DNA of 7,697 nucleotides from Paraspadella gotoi (lineage: Eukaryota; Animalia; Chaetognatha), in contig JBJCIZ010001186.1 in assembly GCA_051294375.1 (NCBI GenBank), positions 1 to 7,697 on the forward strand, read 5' to 3'. A program made the translations under genes and the position numbers. How positions within the stretch are numbered: position 1 is the first letter of the stretch; the number at the start of each line of letters is the position of its first letter. Below are positions 6,737 through 7,697 of this stretch, in pieces. The notes under the pieces are model-generated. The model saw only the letters and a program-made list of their open reading frames with translations. It made no database searches and was not told the origin of the DNA.

Positions 6737-7600
6737 GGAACAGGGAAAATGGAAAGGAACAGGATCAGGGAACAGGATTCAGGATCAGGGAACCAGGAAA
6801 TTGAGGAATAGGTAACAGAGGATCAGGCGAACAGGGATGCAGCGGGAAACAGGAAACAGGGAATAGGGAATAGGGAATATGGAACAGGATCATGGAATAG
6901 GAATAGGAATAGGAACAGGGATCAGCGAACAGGAACAGGGAATAGGGAAACAGGAACAGGAATAGGGAACAGGGATCAAGAAAGGAACAGTGACCAGGGA
7001 ACAGGGCAACAGGATCAGGGAACATGGAACGGGGATAGAACAACAGGAACAGGAACAGTGTAAATACGGGAACAGGGAATTAGGAACAGCGAACAGGCGA
7101 ACAGGGATTAGGAACAGGAACAGCGAACAGGAATAGGGAACAGGGGAATACGAACAGGAACAGGAATTACGGAACAGGAACAGGGAATAGGGAACAGGGA
7201 TCAAGAATAGGGAACAGAACCAGGGAACAGGAACTAGGATCAGAAACAGGAACAGGATCAGAAACAGCTCCAACAGGAAAACAGGAAATAGGGAACAGTG
7301 AATAGAACACGGGAACAGGAACATGGTATTAGCGGAAACAGAGAACAGGAACAGGAATAGGAACGAAGGAAAAGAAAACACGAAACAGGGAATAGGGAAA
7401 CAGGAACAGGGTTGCAATCTAGGCGTCAGATCAGGAAAACAGCAATACTACAAGGGAATAGGAACAGGTGAACAGGAACAGGATGAGGAACAGGAACAGG
7501 AAACAGGAATAGCGAACAGGAACAGTGAAAGGAACAGGGAACAGGGAACGGGAATAGGGAATAGGAAACCAGGGAATAGGAAACAGAACAGGAACAGAAT
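6737..7600 (+). repeat. Degenerate 6-7 bp satellite (GGAACA / GGGAACA / GGGAATA / GGATCA)
   Basis: Continuous ~860 bp array of GG(G)AA[C/T]A variants, strongly purine-rich on the + strand. Confidence 0.95.
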
Positions 7601-7697
7601 GAACCGATTCAAGATCCCACCCTTGGATCAAGTAGCATAAATACAATACATCAACGAACAACCAACACATTAACAGCCATTATCAATTCTCGTCGCG

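Noticed and set aside
321-7670. ORFs in the supplied six-frame track
   Set aside because: Nearly all are translations of simple repeats (SLSL, ERER, FFL, PVPYS/GTGI). None shows a recognisable domain.

Overview
AT-rich, repeat-dense, apparently non-coding eukaryotic DNA. I can support no protein-coding gene: almost all listed ORFs are translations of simple repeats. Much of the window is low-complexity sequence: (GA)n/(CT)n, (AAAG)n, (GAC)n, short minisatellites and a ~860 bp GGAACA/GGGAATA satellite at the right end. The most structured part is 5751-6399, with two direct copies (~234 bp, ~414 bp apart) of a minus-strand element. Each copy has a tRNA-Gly-like head (Pol III A/B-like boxes, broken acceptor stem), a hairpin-rich body, and a shared 5' leader complementary to its own 3' part. 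The spacer between the copies holds short palindromic repeats with a compensatory base change. A candidate fold-back (MITE-like) element with a TTAGG-containing 12-mer core lies at ~4917-5333. The two copies differ mostly by single-base indels, which suggests unpolished long-read sequence, so base-level detail throughout is uncertain.
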